This document shows, piece by piece, positions 1 through 12,557 of a stretch of 64,000 nt of DNA (position 1 is the stretch's first letter; every line of letters starts with the position of its first letter). Location of the stretch: NCBI GenBank assembly GCA_951406725.2, contig OX597817.1, positions 64,976,001 through 65,040,000 on the forward strand. Direction: 5' to 3'. Source of the stretch: Octopus vulgaris (Eukaryota). The notes under the pieces are model-generated. The model ran no database searches, was not told the DNA's origin, and was given only the letters and a program-made list of their open reading frames with translations. A program made the translations under genes and the position numbers.

Positions 1-55
<55 letters not shown>

Positions 56-121
56 CACCACCACCACCACCACCTACACCACCACAGATGTATTAAATTA
101 ACGCTCGAGAAGTGAGAGAGT

Positions 122-157
122 CTTTTACGTTTCGAGCCTACGCTCTTCAACAGAAAG
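122..157 (-). ncRNA. Minimal type I hammerhead-ribozyme-like motif (variant core CUGUUGA)
   Basis: Minus strand reads CUUU-CUGUUGA-A-GAGC-GUAG-GCUC-GAA-ACGU-A-AAAG: helix I CUUU/AAAG, helix II GAGC/GCUC, palindromic ACGU helix III, GUA cleavage triplet. The core has A6->U relative to CUGANGA. Confidence 0.55.
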
Positions 158-210
158 GAACACAGAAATAAGCAGAGAGAATATAGAAAAGGCTAGCGAT
201 ATATATATAT

Positions 211-391
211 ATATATATAAATATAACAATTTAGGAATGGCCTTAACAGGCCATTCGTCCACCAGAAAGAGCAGCCAGAACTCAAACCGCCAAGTAGTGC
301 AATTCTACTTGGCGGTTTGAGTTCTGGCTGCTCTTTCTGGTGGACGAATGGCCTGTTAAGGCCATTCCTAAATTGTTATATTTATATATAT
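211..391. repeat. Perfect foldback: 87-bp inverted arms with 7-nt loop, TA-flanked (MITE-like)
   Basis: 211-297 is the exact reverse complement of 305-391; the loop is TGCAATT (298-304). Confidence 0.95.
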
Positions 392-478
392 TTAGTCTTT
401 GACTATTTTCTCTTTTCCACTAGGCCGCTGGTAGCGATAAATTTCTATTGAATTTTTTGCTACCCTAAATTGATTAAA

Positions 479-518
<40 letters not shown>

Positions 519-519
519 G

Positions 520-575
<56 letters not shown>

Positions 576-629
576 TGTGTCTGTGCGTGCGTGTGTGTGC
601 GTGTATGTGTGTGTGTGTGTGCGTGCGTG

Positions 630-832
630 TGTGTGCGTCTGTGTTTGTCCCCCCCACCATCGCTTGACAACTGATGTTGGTGTGTTTACGTCCCCGTAAC
701 TTAGAGGCTCGGCATAAGAGTCAATAGAATAAGTACTGGGCTTGCAAAGAATAAGTCCTGGGGTCGATTTGTTCGACTAAAGGCGATACTCCAGCATGGT
801 CGCAGTCAAATGATTGAAACAAGTAAATAAAT
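630..832 (+). mobile_element. SINE family B, 3' portion after a (TG)n tract
   Basis: The sequence tttacgtccccgtaacttag...aataagtcctggggtcgatttg...ccagcatgg.cgcagtcaaatga.tgaaacaagtaaa recurs at 50620-50810 (+, diverged) and 63850-64000 (-). Confidence 0.75.
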
Positions 833-1002
833 AAATGAATACATATGCATATAGGAATAAATGTACGTGTGCAATTGTGCACGTATATATGTATATGTGT
901 ACATACATATATATACAAATATGCATTACATACGCTTATACACACATGTATACAACAGATATACGCATAGTTGTTATATATACGCATAGTTGTACGTATG
1001 CA

Positions 1003-1048
<46 letters not shown>

Positions 1049-1074
1049 GCATATACATACATGCATACACTCAC

Positions 1075-1112
<38 letters not shown>

Positions 1113-1492
1113 GATACATATCTACATATGTGTATATACATATATGACCATTTATGTATCTATCCATCTACCTAGGTTTGGCAAAGTCGTTATATCGTCG
1201 GACAGAATATCCCAAAAATAGGCCATGTATTTGTATATTTATATATATTTGTACACATACGCATACACATATATCTTTATATATATGTATTTACATATAT
1301 GCATTATAGTACAGTGATTCCCAACCTGTGGTCCGCACATCCTTGATGGTCTGCAAAGATAGTAGTGGGGATGCGTGAACTAAATTCAAAATTTCATTCA
1401 TAGATAATACATACATACATACATGCATACATGCATACATACATTCATACATACACACATACATACATTCATGCATACATACATACATACAT

Positions 1493-1589
<97 letters not shown>

Positions 1590-2026
1590 CACACACTCAT
1601 ACTAACAAACACACTTGTATGTGTGTGATGTGTGCGTATGTATGAGTGAGTGCGCGCATGCGTGTGTATTTATATATATTTCCATCGAAAATTGTGACTG
1701 CTACAGACAACCAATCAGGAAATCCCCACAAAATCCCGGATTTCCCTGCCTAACAAAAGCGTTGCTAATAATAGTAACAGCAATAATAATGTTAATGAGA
1801 TGGCATGTTCAATAACAAGAAGCGATGCAGCTGCAGCACCTGTCACATAATCTGCAGCAGCAATCTACTACATATATTCATGTCTGTTCTGCTAACGCCG
1901 CCATTCACGCATCGAAATTCCACGGAGGCAAATCTTTTCTCAGTTGTCGTTGCTCACTTTGTCTATTTGTACAAATCGATAGAATCTTAACCCAAACATA
2001 ATATTAGTATAGCATACAATATATTT

Positions 2027-2079
<53 letters not shown>

Positions 2080-2259
2080 CACACACGCTAACAAATATAT
2101 AATATACGTATAGAGTGTTAGGTGTATATGTATATACATATATACACGCATATTTATGTAAATATGTAATATATATATATACATTGCACCCGTAAAAATA
2201 TACATATACATATATATAGACACATAATACATAAATACACACACACATACACACACACA

Positions 2260-2311
<52 letters not shown>

Positions 2312-2912
2312 TTCGTATGTAGTATATACACAAAACACATGCATGCATATATATTTACATAAGTAATATATAGAAATTATACAATCATACATATATATGT
2401 ATATATATCTCAACACGCACTCACATAAATATACGTATGTGTAACATAGGCATACACTCAAACACACATACACACACATATGTAATTGCATGCAAATGTG
2501 CATTTGAATATATATGCACATATGCATAGGTATGTAGACATATTTGTATATATTTGTTAATGAATCTCATACTTCTTGGAAGTACCTTGCAATAGTCACA
2601 TATGCTTTGATTGCAGCAAAAATGAAGTTGGGGTGAGAGCACAGTTCTTCTTACAAGTTTGCATTATCCACTACTGATATTGATATATTTGTAGTATTAC
2701 CAGTGTAGTGATGCCAAATCATAACAGTGAATCAAACACACATTCAACAAATAGAGCAACAATAACAACAAGTAGAAAAATAAGAACGAGTGCATAACTA
2801 GCATTAGAAATTGAAAGTTTAAAAAATTGCAGCAATGTAAAAAAAACAAACAAACAAGCAATCATTCTTTTTTCATAATAATCCTGTATATAAACAAATA
2901 ATCAATAACACG

Positions 2913-2959
<47 letters not shown>

Positions 2960-3569
2960 CAAACAAATACAAGCATAAAATTATAAACAACCGAAATATT
3001 TCCAAGTTACGATTCCATTTCCCAAATGTAACCCCCTTATTAACGAGTGTTTCGCTATACTCACACCTGTACTCATACTCACTCCAAATTTGGAGTGTCT
3101 TGAATGAGCTGGGTAAAAGTAGGCGGAAAATATTGTTGCCTGAACTAATATTAGCTCCACCCATTTCGTTTGCTTTCCTATTCAGCCTTACTTTCACTTT
3201 CGTTTTCACTATTACTATAACTATTTCACCACTACCTCGTTGCCATTCAACCAGTCGCTTCACTGTCATCGTTACTGATACACACAGCTTCCACAGCTAC
3301 ATTCATTGTATTTAGAAGCTGTCGGGGCTGTCACTGCTTCTTACGCTGCTTACTCTCCGCCGCTGACGTTGCTGTCGTTGCTGACATTGTCATTGGGATA
3401 TTTCGGTATCTCCAGCATACTGTTAAAGCTTAGTTCAATGTGCAGGGCTTTGTGTTGTGCAGGAAATTACCTTCTCGTGACGCTGCAGCAGCAACAGCCG
3501 CAACAGCAAGAAGAAGAACAGCTGCAAGAAGACGAGCAGAGTCTACAGTTACATCAAGTAACACCAACG

Positions 3570-3645
3570 ATGGGTTTGAAACGCATGTTTGGATTTGGAG
3601 AAATGCAAAGCGACGAACCTGAATTGAGTCAGGAACAAAAAGAGG
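3570..3645 (+). CDS. Calmodulin/myosin-light-chain-like EF-hand protein, coding exon 1 (MGLKRMFGFGEMQSDEPELSQEQKE)
   Basis: ATG at 3570. LSQEQKE aligns with calmodulin LTEEQIA. Strong donor G|GTAAGT at 3645/3646, phase 1, compatible with exon 2. An upstream in-frame ATG at 3438 makes the true start uncertain. Confidence 0.8.
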
Positions 3646-4311
3646 GTAAGTGTTAACCTTGTCATTTAATTTGTCGTTCTGTTTCATACAAGCATATTGT
3701 TAAAGTCTGTGCAATTTTAATCGATGCAAAATCAAAATTGCATCAAGACTTAACAATAAGTCGGTATGGCTATCTTTAAATAGTATCTGTCTTCGTGTCG
3801 CATGAGTTAAATAATTACCCATTGGGTAAAACACAGCTAGTACCAAGTCATTTCTCAATCTCTCTGAAGTCTATAGGACTGATCACGAAAGGTGCCGTAT
3901 CAGAGTATATCAGTATCGTATCAAAACGTAACAAAAAGAACCAAGCAAAAAAAAAAAAAGACAAAAAGCTCGTAGATGTGTGCGCGAACCTGTGTGACTG
4001 AATATATGAGATATACAGTCTTTACATATGCGTGTTATGCATTATGTATGTATGTATGTATGTATGTATGTATGTATGTATGTATGTATGTATGTATGTA
4101 TGTATGTATGTATGTATGTATGCATGCATGTATCTATGTATATATAAGCGCGCACTAACACATACGTATGATTGTATGTATGCATATATATATATATATA
4201 TATGTGGTAATATATATATATATATATATATATATGTGGTAAGGCAATTCGTTGCCAAACCCTTTATTGCTTAGTATATATATATATATATATATTTCTT
4301 TACTACCCACA

Positions 4312-4381
4312 AAAGAAGCCTGCAGATGTTGCAAGTATTATATATATATATATAATACTTGCAACATCTGCAGGCTTCTTT
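4312..4381. repeat. Perfect 70-bp palindrome centred on a (TA)n core, in intron 1
   Basis: AAAGAAGCCTGCAGATGTTGCAAGTATTA (4312-4340) and its exact reverse complement (4353-4381) flank (TA)6. Confidence 0.95.
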
Positions 4382-4676
4382 GCATGTACACACACATATA
4401 CTCTTGGGTGAATAGTCCATAATTTCTTCATATGGTATTTAATATTCTATTTCGCTGTTTGATATATTTCTTATACGAATTTTTTGTGGTAGATGCAATA
4501 ATAATAGTAATAACAGTAGTAGTATAATGTATGTATGTATGTATGTATGTATGTATGTATGTATGTATGTATGTATGTATGTATGTATGTATGTATGTAT
4601 GTATAATGTATGTATGTATGTATGTATGCATGTTTGTGATAGATGTCTGTCTGTCAGTCTGTCCGTCCGTCAGTCC

Positions 4677-4767
<91 letters not shown>

Positions 4768-4932
4768 CTTTGGATATTTGTTCCGGCTCTTTTCGCTCTG
4801 AATTCAAATTCCGCCCATGTTAACCGTGTCTTTCACCTTTCCGAGATCGATAATGTAAGGTAACCAGCAAAACACTGAGATCGATGATGTCTACTAAACC
4901 CCTCCATCAATACTGCTGGCCTTGTACCAAAT

Positions 4933-4988
<56 letters not shown>

Positions 4989-5689
4989 GTCTTTAAAAGA
5001 ATGTTTTTGAGGGTTGTTGCTGTTGCTTAGCTGCTGTCGAGCCTTCACCAAGCAGAAAGGAATCCCAACCGTGACTATTCTGTCTTTTTCCCATGAGCAG
5101 GGAAAGAGAAGTACGATGGGGACATTATTCAAAGTACTGTTTTTGCTAAAACACCGGGAGTGTGATTTGAGTTTTTTTGGTTGTTATTTCTAACACGGGA
5201 CCTCATGGAATCTTCTTACATGTTGTTTATGATTCTTAGCTTTAGGTTTGTCCTGACTAAGAGATCTGACGAATGATCGAAAGTGTTCTAGCCATGACCA
5301 ACTCGTCATATATTCAGACATAGTGGTTTTAGGACTACATTATCAAATACATTTATCAAACATAACTTTACTTTTTAAGATAGTAGCGAATGTGTTATTG
5401 GTTATTAATTTGTTGGCAGCATTGCCAGTTAAATTTGTGTCTAGCAAGAGTAAATAGTCTGTGCTTTCCTCATGTTAATTTCTTTGTGTATGGACGCGTG
5501 TACGCCCGCGCATACTCACACACAGAGACACACGCACACATACACACTCACTCACACAAACACACACACATACACACTCACTCACACAAACACACACACA
5601 TACACACTCAGATACACAAAACCGCTTTCTCACACACAAGAACGTACAGATTCTGACACGTACACATACACACACAAACGCATATACTG

Positions 5690-5818
5690 GTGTTAAATTT
5701 TGACACAAGGCCAGCAACTTCAGAGGAGGGGGTAAGTCGATTACATCAATCCCAGTGCTCAACTGGAACTTATTTTATCGATCCCGAAAGCATGAATGGC
5801 AAAGTCGACCTCCGCAGG
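5690..5818 (-). mobile_element. tRNA-derived SINE family A, 3' part
   Basis: Reverse complement of the family core (gaggtcgactttgcc...cgataaaataagt.ccag...gctggccttgtg.caaaattt). Confidence 0.7.
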
Positions 5819-5937
5819 ATACAGAAACACACATATTGATATACAAATGTGCAAGGTTATAAATGTATCTAAAAGGCATGTACGTATATGCATACACATA
5901 TACACACATGTACATACATACATATATAGTTACATAC

Positions 5938-6015
<78 letters not shown>

Positions 6016-6689
6016 ACACACGCACGCGCATGCACAAACTCGAGTGCACAAGCGCACACACAGACATTTAAGTAATAATGCAGGCCCATAGATATATCTA
6101 CAGACATGTACATAAATGCATACACATATATGTATACACATACGCATGCATGCACATACACATATATGTATTCATATATGCATAGATATATAGATACATG
6201 CACACATACATACATGCATGCATCTATCCACCCATCCATCCGTCCAGCTATCCATCCACCCATCCATCCGATCATCCATCTATACATACATGCATACATA
6301 TATATTAGAGCATGTGTACTTGTTGGACGACTATGATTATAAGGGAGGATTAGAAAATAATTGTCGGCCAAATTTTTTTAAACATAAGTCAACTATAGCC
6401 TGCACAATACCACAATACTGTAATGACGATCATTGCCAGAACCAGAGCGTAGTGTCTGCTTCAGCAATGTTAACATGCTGTAAAACAGTAATCTCCTAGA
6501 TACATATTTTAAAAATTAGACTTAGTGGCCTGATAGCGCATCGGACACCGACCTAGAAGTTCATACATGTATATATGCATATGCATACTTGCATGTATGC
6601 ATGCATGCATACATACATACAAATCACAAATATATATATAATTATGCATATATATATACACACATACATACACATGTATGTACATGCCC

Positions 6690-6753
<64 letters not shown>

Positions 6754-7470
6754 GTCTATCAGTCTATCTACCAGTTTATGTCACCTGACATGCTAGAAAT
6801 GGTAGTCAAATCGCCTTTAAAGCTTACTCTGCTATAAAAAAAAAAGCGAAATTACTTTGCTTGACTAAAAGATGAGATGGTCACTGCTGGAACGCTTTTG
6901 TTCACAGGTCTGTTTGGCTTACATTAATAACCACTAATTTTCCCTCAAATCACATCCTACACTCTTAAAACAGGAAGGACACATGGTACAATGTAAATTT
7001 TAAATATGTAAGTCGGGGTCGTCACAGATGGAATACTTTGGTCATATGTCTGCCGAATGAGGGTTGATGCAGAGCCAAGTAAAACAACGGCAGCAACAAA
7101 CAACAACATACCGAGGGATACACACATATTGAAATATGCAGATACAGTCATACACGCACATACACATTTGTAATCACACACACAGATACAGGACCGCGCA
7201 TGTACAATTACATATATAGAGATACAAATATGCACACATGCAAACACACCCACACACTTAAAAGCTGACATATACATTCAATCACGCTCATATACAACCA
7301 CACACACACACACACATATAGGACTGTACATATTCACTAATACATAAAGGTACGCACATATGCACATAATTCTTGTAATACGTGCACATACGTGAGTGTG
7401 AGTGTGAAGGGAGTGCCCGAAGTCTAGTATTGTCATTGAGACATGTTGGTGTTGTTATCATTGTTGTTAA

Positions 7471-7680
7471 GGCGGCGTGCTGGCAGAATCGTTAGCACAT
7501 CGGACGGAATGCTTAGCGGCATTTCGTCCGTCCTTACGTCCTGAGTTCAAATTCCGCTGATTGACTTTGCCTTTCATCCTTTCGGCGCTGATAAAATAAG
7601 TACCAGTCAAACACTGGGGTCGATGTAATCGACGAACCCCCTCCTCCCAAATTTCAGACCTTGTGCCTATAATAGAAAAG
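7471..7680 (+). mobile_element. tRNA-derived SINE family A, full length
   Basis: Head GGCGGCGTGCTGGCAGAATCG (A-box-like), GAGTTCAAATTCC (B-box-like), central GCCTTTCATCCTTTCGG..GATAAAATAAGTACCAG and TTA/TTG flanks. More than ten related copies occur in the window. Confidence 0.85.
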
Positions 7681-7895
7681 TTATTATTGTTGTTGTGGTT
7701 GCCTAACTCCAGGTCAGTTCTGATTGAACAGACTTATGATCGAAACACTTCCAGTCACCAATCCCTTTTCCCCTATGCTGAGGGAATCCAGTTCTCCATT
7801 ATCTAACATGCTTCCCATCCACATGTTTTAAAGATTGTAGCACGGCTTAAGGAGATTTGGCTGCTATTTTTAGAATATCGAACGACTGTATAGAG

Positions 7896-8263
7896 CAGTG
7901 GTTCTCTACTATTTTTTTTACCTATGGATACTCTTGATTACTATTCTATTGTAGTGGATCCCCATAGCTATTCAATGTTTAAAGACAAGTTTTATAAATA
8001 CTTCTTTCAAAATTCCTCTTTTATTTTTCACACTTTTACTTGTATAGGTTTACAATTGGACTCTATGACAACGCGTTTCAATGGCTGGAAACACGTTGAA
8101 CTATGTAAAACGCTAAGAGTGAGAAACCTAATTGTTTCTTGCAAAAAACACATATAAAGCTAAATTCTTTCAAGGACCCTTAAAATACTGTTGTGGATCC
8201 TCAACTTACTATTTTCTTGCATGAACTCCAAAAAATCCTATGCACCATGGTTGAGAACTTCTA
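7896..8263. mobile_element. Non-autonomous hAT(Charlie)-like element
   Basis: Left end CAGTGGTTCTC and right end TTGAGAACTTCTA resemble degenerate CAGTGGTTCTCAA-type TIRs. No TSD confidently seen. Confidence 0.45.
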
Positions 8264-8533
8264 ATGAAAAGAATCCTTCGTTGGTATGTCAGTAAGACGT
8301 GCGTCTGTTGTGAGAACTAGGTGTTATAGTCTGTGTAGATAGATGTAGGCACAGCCTTATAAAGCTGAAACTACAGCATGCCCTCTTTAGAAAAAGAAGA
8401 CGTTGTAGAATAGAGTCCCACATATACAAAAAGACGGGATGATCATGATTGGAACGTCTTTGGTTAAACTACTCGATCAGGGTTGTTCTATAACTAAACT
8501 ATAAGAACGCACATATACATGCACAAATACACT

Positions 8534-8600
<67 letters not shown>

Positions 8601-8833
8601 GCCCTCTTAATCACATGCACATACACACACAGAGGCACAGGCACTTACCAAAAGACATACATACCCCCCCCCCCCACACAAACATGTACATATATACATG
8701 AAATATATACGCATGCATACACTTGCCCGCACTCATACAAAAGCACGTATGTATTCCATTCATTCATTGTAGAGCCGCTGCAAGATGAGACCCTCAGTAT
8801 GTATGTATGCATGTATGTATGCATATATGTATA

Positions 8834-8881
<48 letters not shown>

Positions 8882-9109
8882 TGACTTATAGGGACATAAT
8901 GCCTTTCGTTATGCAACCGTGATATGCTACAAAGTATGTTAAACGTTTATAAATCAATATCCCTGTACTACTGTGTTAGCAGTGCTCTTCAATCACATTA
9001 GACTCTAAGTAAGTAGGATGCCAGGACTGGTTAGGTGCCACTAATTTATGATGCTGGTTGTTGAACAGATCATCATCAATATATTACCTTGCATATCTAT
9101 ACATGTTCA

Positions 9110-9177
9110 AAATTTAATCTGAGGATAGTGAATTGAAGGCATCAATAAAATTCTACCGAAACAGCTGTAGTAAATTT
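9110..9177 (+). ncRNA. Type I hammerhead-ribozyme-like motif with palindromic helix III
   Basis: AAAUUUA(A)U-CUGAGGA-[UAGUGAAUU...AAUUCUACC]-GAA-ACAGCUGU-A-GUAAAUUU. Intact CUGANGA and GAAA boxes, 8-nt palindrome ACAGCUGU, GUA cleavage site at 9167-9169, helix I with one bulge, imperfect helix II. Confidence 0.65.
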
Positions 9178-9634
9178 TATGTATGTGTGTGCGTATTGTA
9201 TATGTATGTGTATATATATGCATGTATTTAAATCTACTATATGTACAGGTAAACTTGTGCAAATGAACAGGAAATAACATAATCCATATGCACGGATATT
9301 AAGATATCGAATACGACGCCAGACTTTGAGATCTTATAAAGTTTCATAAGCTACGTAAACAATCATCAGTGGAGTAAGATTTTTAGCACCATACGTATTT
9401 AAACTTATAAGCTTATAAAAGTAATATGTATGCTTTTGCAAAAATAACGAAGTATAAAAGGACAAGTGGGGCAGTTCAAAATAAATTTAAATTTTTGTGA
9501 ACAAATGGAAATGAATTAACATCATAGAGGCCTCTGTTATGAAGGGTCTAAATATTAAAATAGATCTTGCAATAAACGCACGCACACACACGCACATACA
9601 CACACACACACACGCACACACACATCACTATATT

Positions 9635-9890
9635 ATTGTATCGGTCAGACTAGTGGATGCTGTTATACACCGCTAGTCACAATGCACTTCCTTGCATTGT
9701 TGTAACTTTCGAGGGATGCCATCCCCCTGGCTAGGCGACAGTCCATCGCAGGGCTATTCCCGTACAGCTGAGTGGCAAGGAGCGCGGTAAAATAAAGTGT
9801 TTTGCTCGAGAACACAACTCACTGCTGGTCGGAGAATCGAAACCACGTTCATGTCTTGCGTTCATGCCCACGTTCAGGCCATGCGCCATG
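9635..9890 (-). mobile_element. tRNA-derived SINE (different family, CORE-like central region)
   Basis: Minus strand begins GGCGCATGGCCTGAACGTGG...GTGGTTTCGATTCTC (A/B-box-like), followed by GTTGTGTTCTCGAGCAAAACACTTTA, reminiscent of CORE-type SINE centres. Confidence 0.55.
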
Positions 9891-10329
9891 ACACACACAC
9901 ACATGCTATATGCACAAACACGCATACATATATGTATATCTTTATATATGTATATATGTACACACACACTCGCACGTGCACACCCACTCACCTACCCCCA
10001 CACATATGTATATTTGTATATATACGGTACATTATCGGTCAACAAAAGGTTAGGATGTTCATCCGTTTGAGCTGATCATAATTATTTGTTGTAGATGTTT
10101 TTGTAATTTATTTTTCTAACTCTCCTCATTAGTTGCTATTGAAGCAATACTGGATAGAAATAATTAACATATTGCCATTACCATATAGTGTCTTCTTTTT
10201 ATCAATGTCTCTTTATTGTTATTGCTTCATGTATAAATTCCGCCATTGTTCATTGTTCCGTATTTGTACTTTGTTCTTGTAATTATATAAAGTGTCAAAG
10301 ATTATTATCATTATTGATGTCGTGATTGT

Positions 10330-10655
<326 letters not shown>

Positions 10656-10656
10656 A

Positions 10657-11055
10657 GGTGGCGAGTTGGCAGAATCGTTAACATGACTGGCAAAATGCAT
10701 AGCGGCATTTCGTCCGTCTTTACGTTTTGAGTTCAAGTTCTGCTGATGTCGACTTTGCCTTTCGTCCTTTCAGAGTTTATAAAGCAAGTACCAGTGAAGC
10801 ACCGCGGTCGATGTAATCGACCAGTGCCTTCCCACGAAATTTCAGGCCCTGTGTCTATAATAGAAAGAACTATTATTTTTATTATCGAGCTGGCAGAAAC
10901 GTTAGCCCACCGGGAAAATGCTTAGAGGCATTTCGCCCGTCTTTACGTTCTGAGCTCAAATTCCGCCAAGGTTGGCTTTGCCTTTCATCCTTTCGGATGT
11001 AACAGACTTATCCTCTTCCACGAAATTGCTGGCCTTCTGCCAAAATTTGAAACCA
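10657..11055 (+). mobile_element. Two tandem SINE family A copies (10657-10868 and 10887-11055)
   Basis: Both carry gag(c/t)tggcagaa.cgtta...gcatttcg.ccgtctttacgtt.tgag.tcaa.ttc...ctttgcctttc.tcctttc. They directly follow the TTA array. Confidence 0.85.
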
Positions 11056-11528
11056 TTGTTATTATTGTTAAAACCTAATTACCTCATTCCAAGACATTGT
11101 CGTTATTAGCAACAGTGTCATAATCGAGTCACTATCGATTAACTCGACATCAGGACAATATATTTCACACCAACCCACCACATTTAGTACCCCCACTCTG
11201 TCTTGTACAGTGAAGTGTCTACTCTGTACAAAAGCTCTGCATGAGATGTAAGTTAGTGTCTGTCTGTCAGTTTCTCTCTGTCTTTCACAGACATGCTCAT
11301 ATACATACTCTCACACCACCGCCGCTTCCAGCATATATATATATATATATAGCGATATTAATAACTTGGTGTTAGGACTCAATATACATATATGCTTCAT
11401 TAAAAAAAGCATTAGTCGAGTACAGAGAGTTGTAAGAAATTAAATAAATGACAAAAGAACAAGAAATTATGTAATGTATTTCATTAGCTTACGGCTGTTT
11501 CTGCTATAAGATGTAATGCAATCATGGT

Positions 11529-11591
11529 TGAGTGCTTGTGTATAGGTTATGAGTGCTTGTGTATAGGTTATGAGTGCTTGTGTATAGGTTA
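11529..11591. repeat. Three perfect copies of a 21-bp tandem repeat (TGAGTGCTTGTGTATAGGTTA)
   Basis: Read directly. Confidence 0.95.
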
Positions 11592-11726
11592 ACCGGGGCT
11601 TCAAAAATGAAGTCCACAAAGCTATAGGGTAATACACAAGTACTCATCCCAACAACAAAGTCTGCTCTAAACCTCAACATAGGGCATTTCTGTTGGCTTA
11701 GTCCACGCAGTAACAGTAAGATTCTG

Positions 11727-11793
11727 TTACTCTGATGAGCTCTAATACGACTGAAATGTGTCAGGAATTGTCATCGTATTACGAAAGATCAGA
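11727..11793 (+). ncRNA. Degenerate hammerhead-like motif with long helix II
   Basis: CUGAUGA-G-CUC-UAAUACGA-(23-nt loop)-UCGUAUUA-C-GAAA-GA-UC. The 8-bp UAAUACGA/UCGUAUUA stem lies between intact core boxes; helix I is only about 2 bp. Confidence 0.4.
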
Positions 11794-12557
11794 CACATTC
11801 CCACTGCATTTTAATTTATATTTATATTATGGAGTTTTCTCATCTGCCTTTGACCAGAATTAAACATTAAGAAAGTGATTTTGTTCCCTTTACTACGGGT
11901 ATAATTTTAAGTAATTAACTTTTTCTGGTTCATCTCATAAATTATGTTAGCTCCGATTTCTCTGCGTCTGGTAATTGTTATGAGAAAGAAACCAGTCATT
12001 CTTAATTAATTTGTCATTACCAAATTGCTTCTTAGACAATGTGGCAAACCGCCTCTCTTCGTCCCCACCTCCGTTCCTAGAATCATGATATTTGGTAAAA
12101 TTGGAAGTCTTACATGACGCGTTCTCACCTTTCATGCATTCGTTTAGAAACAAATTTTCGCTTCATGCATTTTTAATGCAAATCTGTCTGTCTGCCTGTC
12201 GGTCTGTCTTTATTGATTTCGCTTTAAATTTGATCATACTGTCAATGTAATTTCATACGACGGATTTGTGTACAGATAAATATGAAGGAGAAAAGGAAAC
12301 AAACCATCATTATGTGTGTGTGTGTGTGTGTGTGTTTAACATGCCGTTTAACATGCTAGAAATAGCAACCAAACCTCCCTCAAATTTCATCCTATTGCCT
12401 TAAAAATATAGACACATTGTATAATGCAATCAACGGCTGACGAAATTACAGGATGGTCACGGCTGGAATGCCGACAATTTTTAAAACTATCTACTTGAAC
12501 TACTTAATTACCTCATGTAATGTTTCTATATATTCCCTCTTTCTATTATCATTGCAG

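Noticed and set aside
1312-1360. CAGTGATTCCCAACCTGTGGTCCGC, a hAT/Charlie-like left end
   Set aside because: No matching right TIR or TSD found; too short to call.
2565-2660. Possible minus-strand exon (EELCSHPNFIFAAIKAYVTIARYFQE then GTATGA)
   Set aside because: Weak acceptor, no recognisable homology and no partner exons.
7471-7560. tRNA-like A and B boxes
   Set aside because: These are SINE heads; no complete cloverleaf is present, so no tRNA gene is called.
9341-9369. Minus-strand CUGAUGA...GAAAC hammerhead boxes
   Set aside because: No convincing helix II, no UH cleavage triplet in register and no helix I; at best a heavily decayed remnant.
11529-11591. Short direct repeats resembling a CRISPR array
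   Set aside because: The repeats are contiguous with no spacers, there are no cas genes, and the context is eukaryotic.
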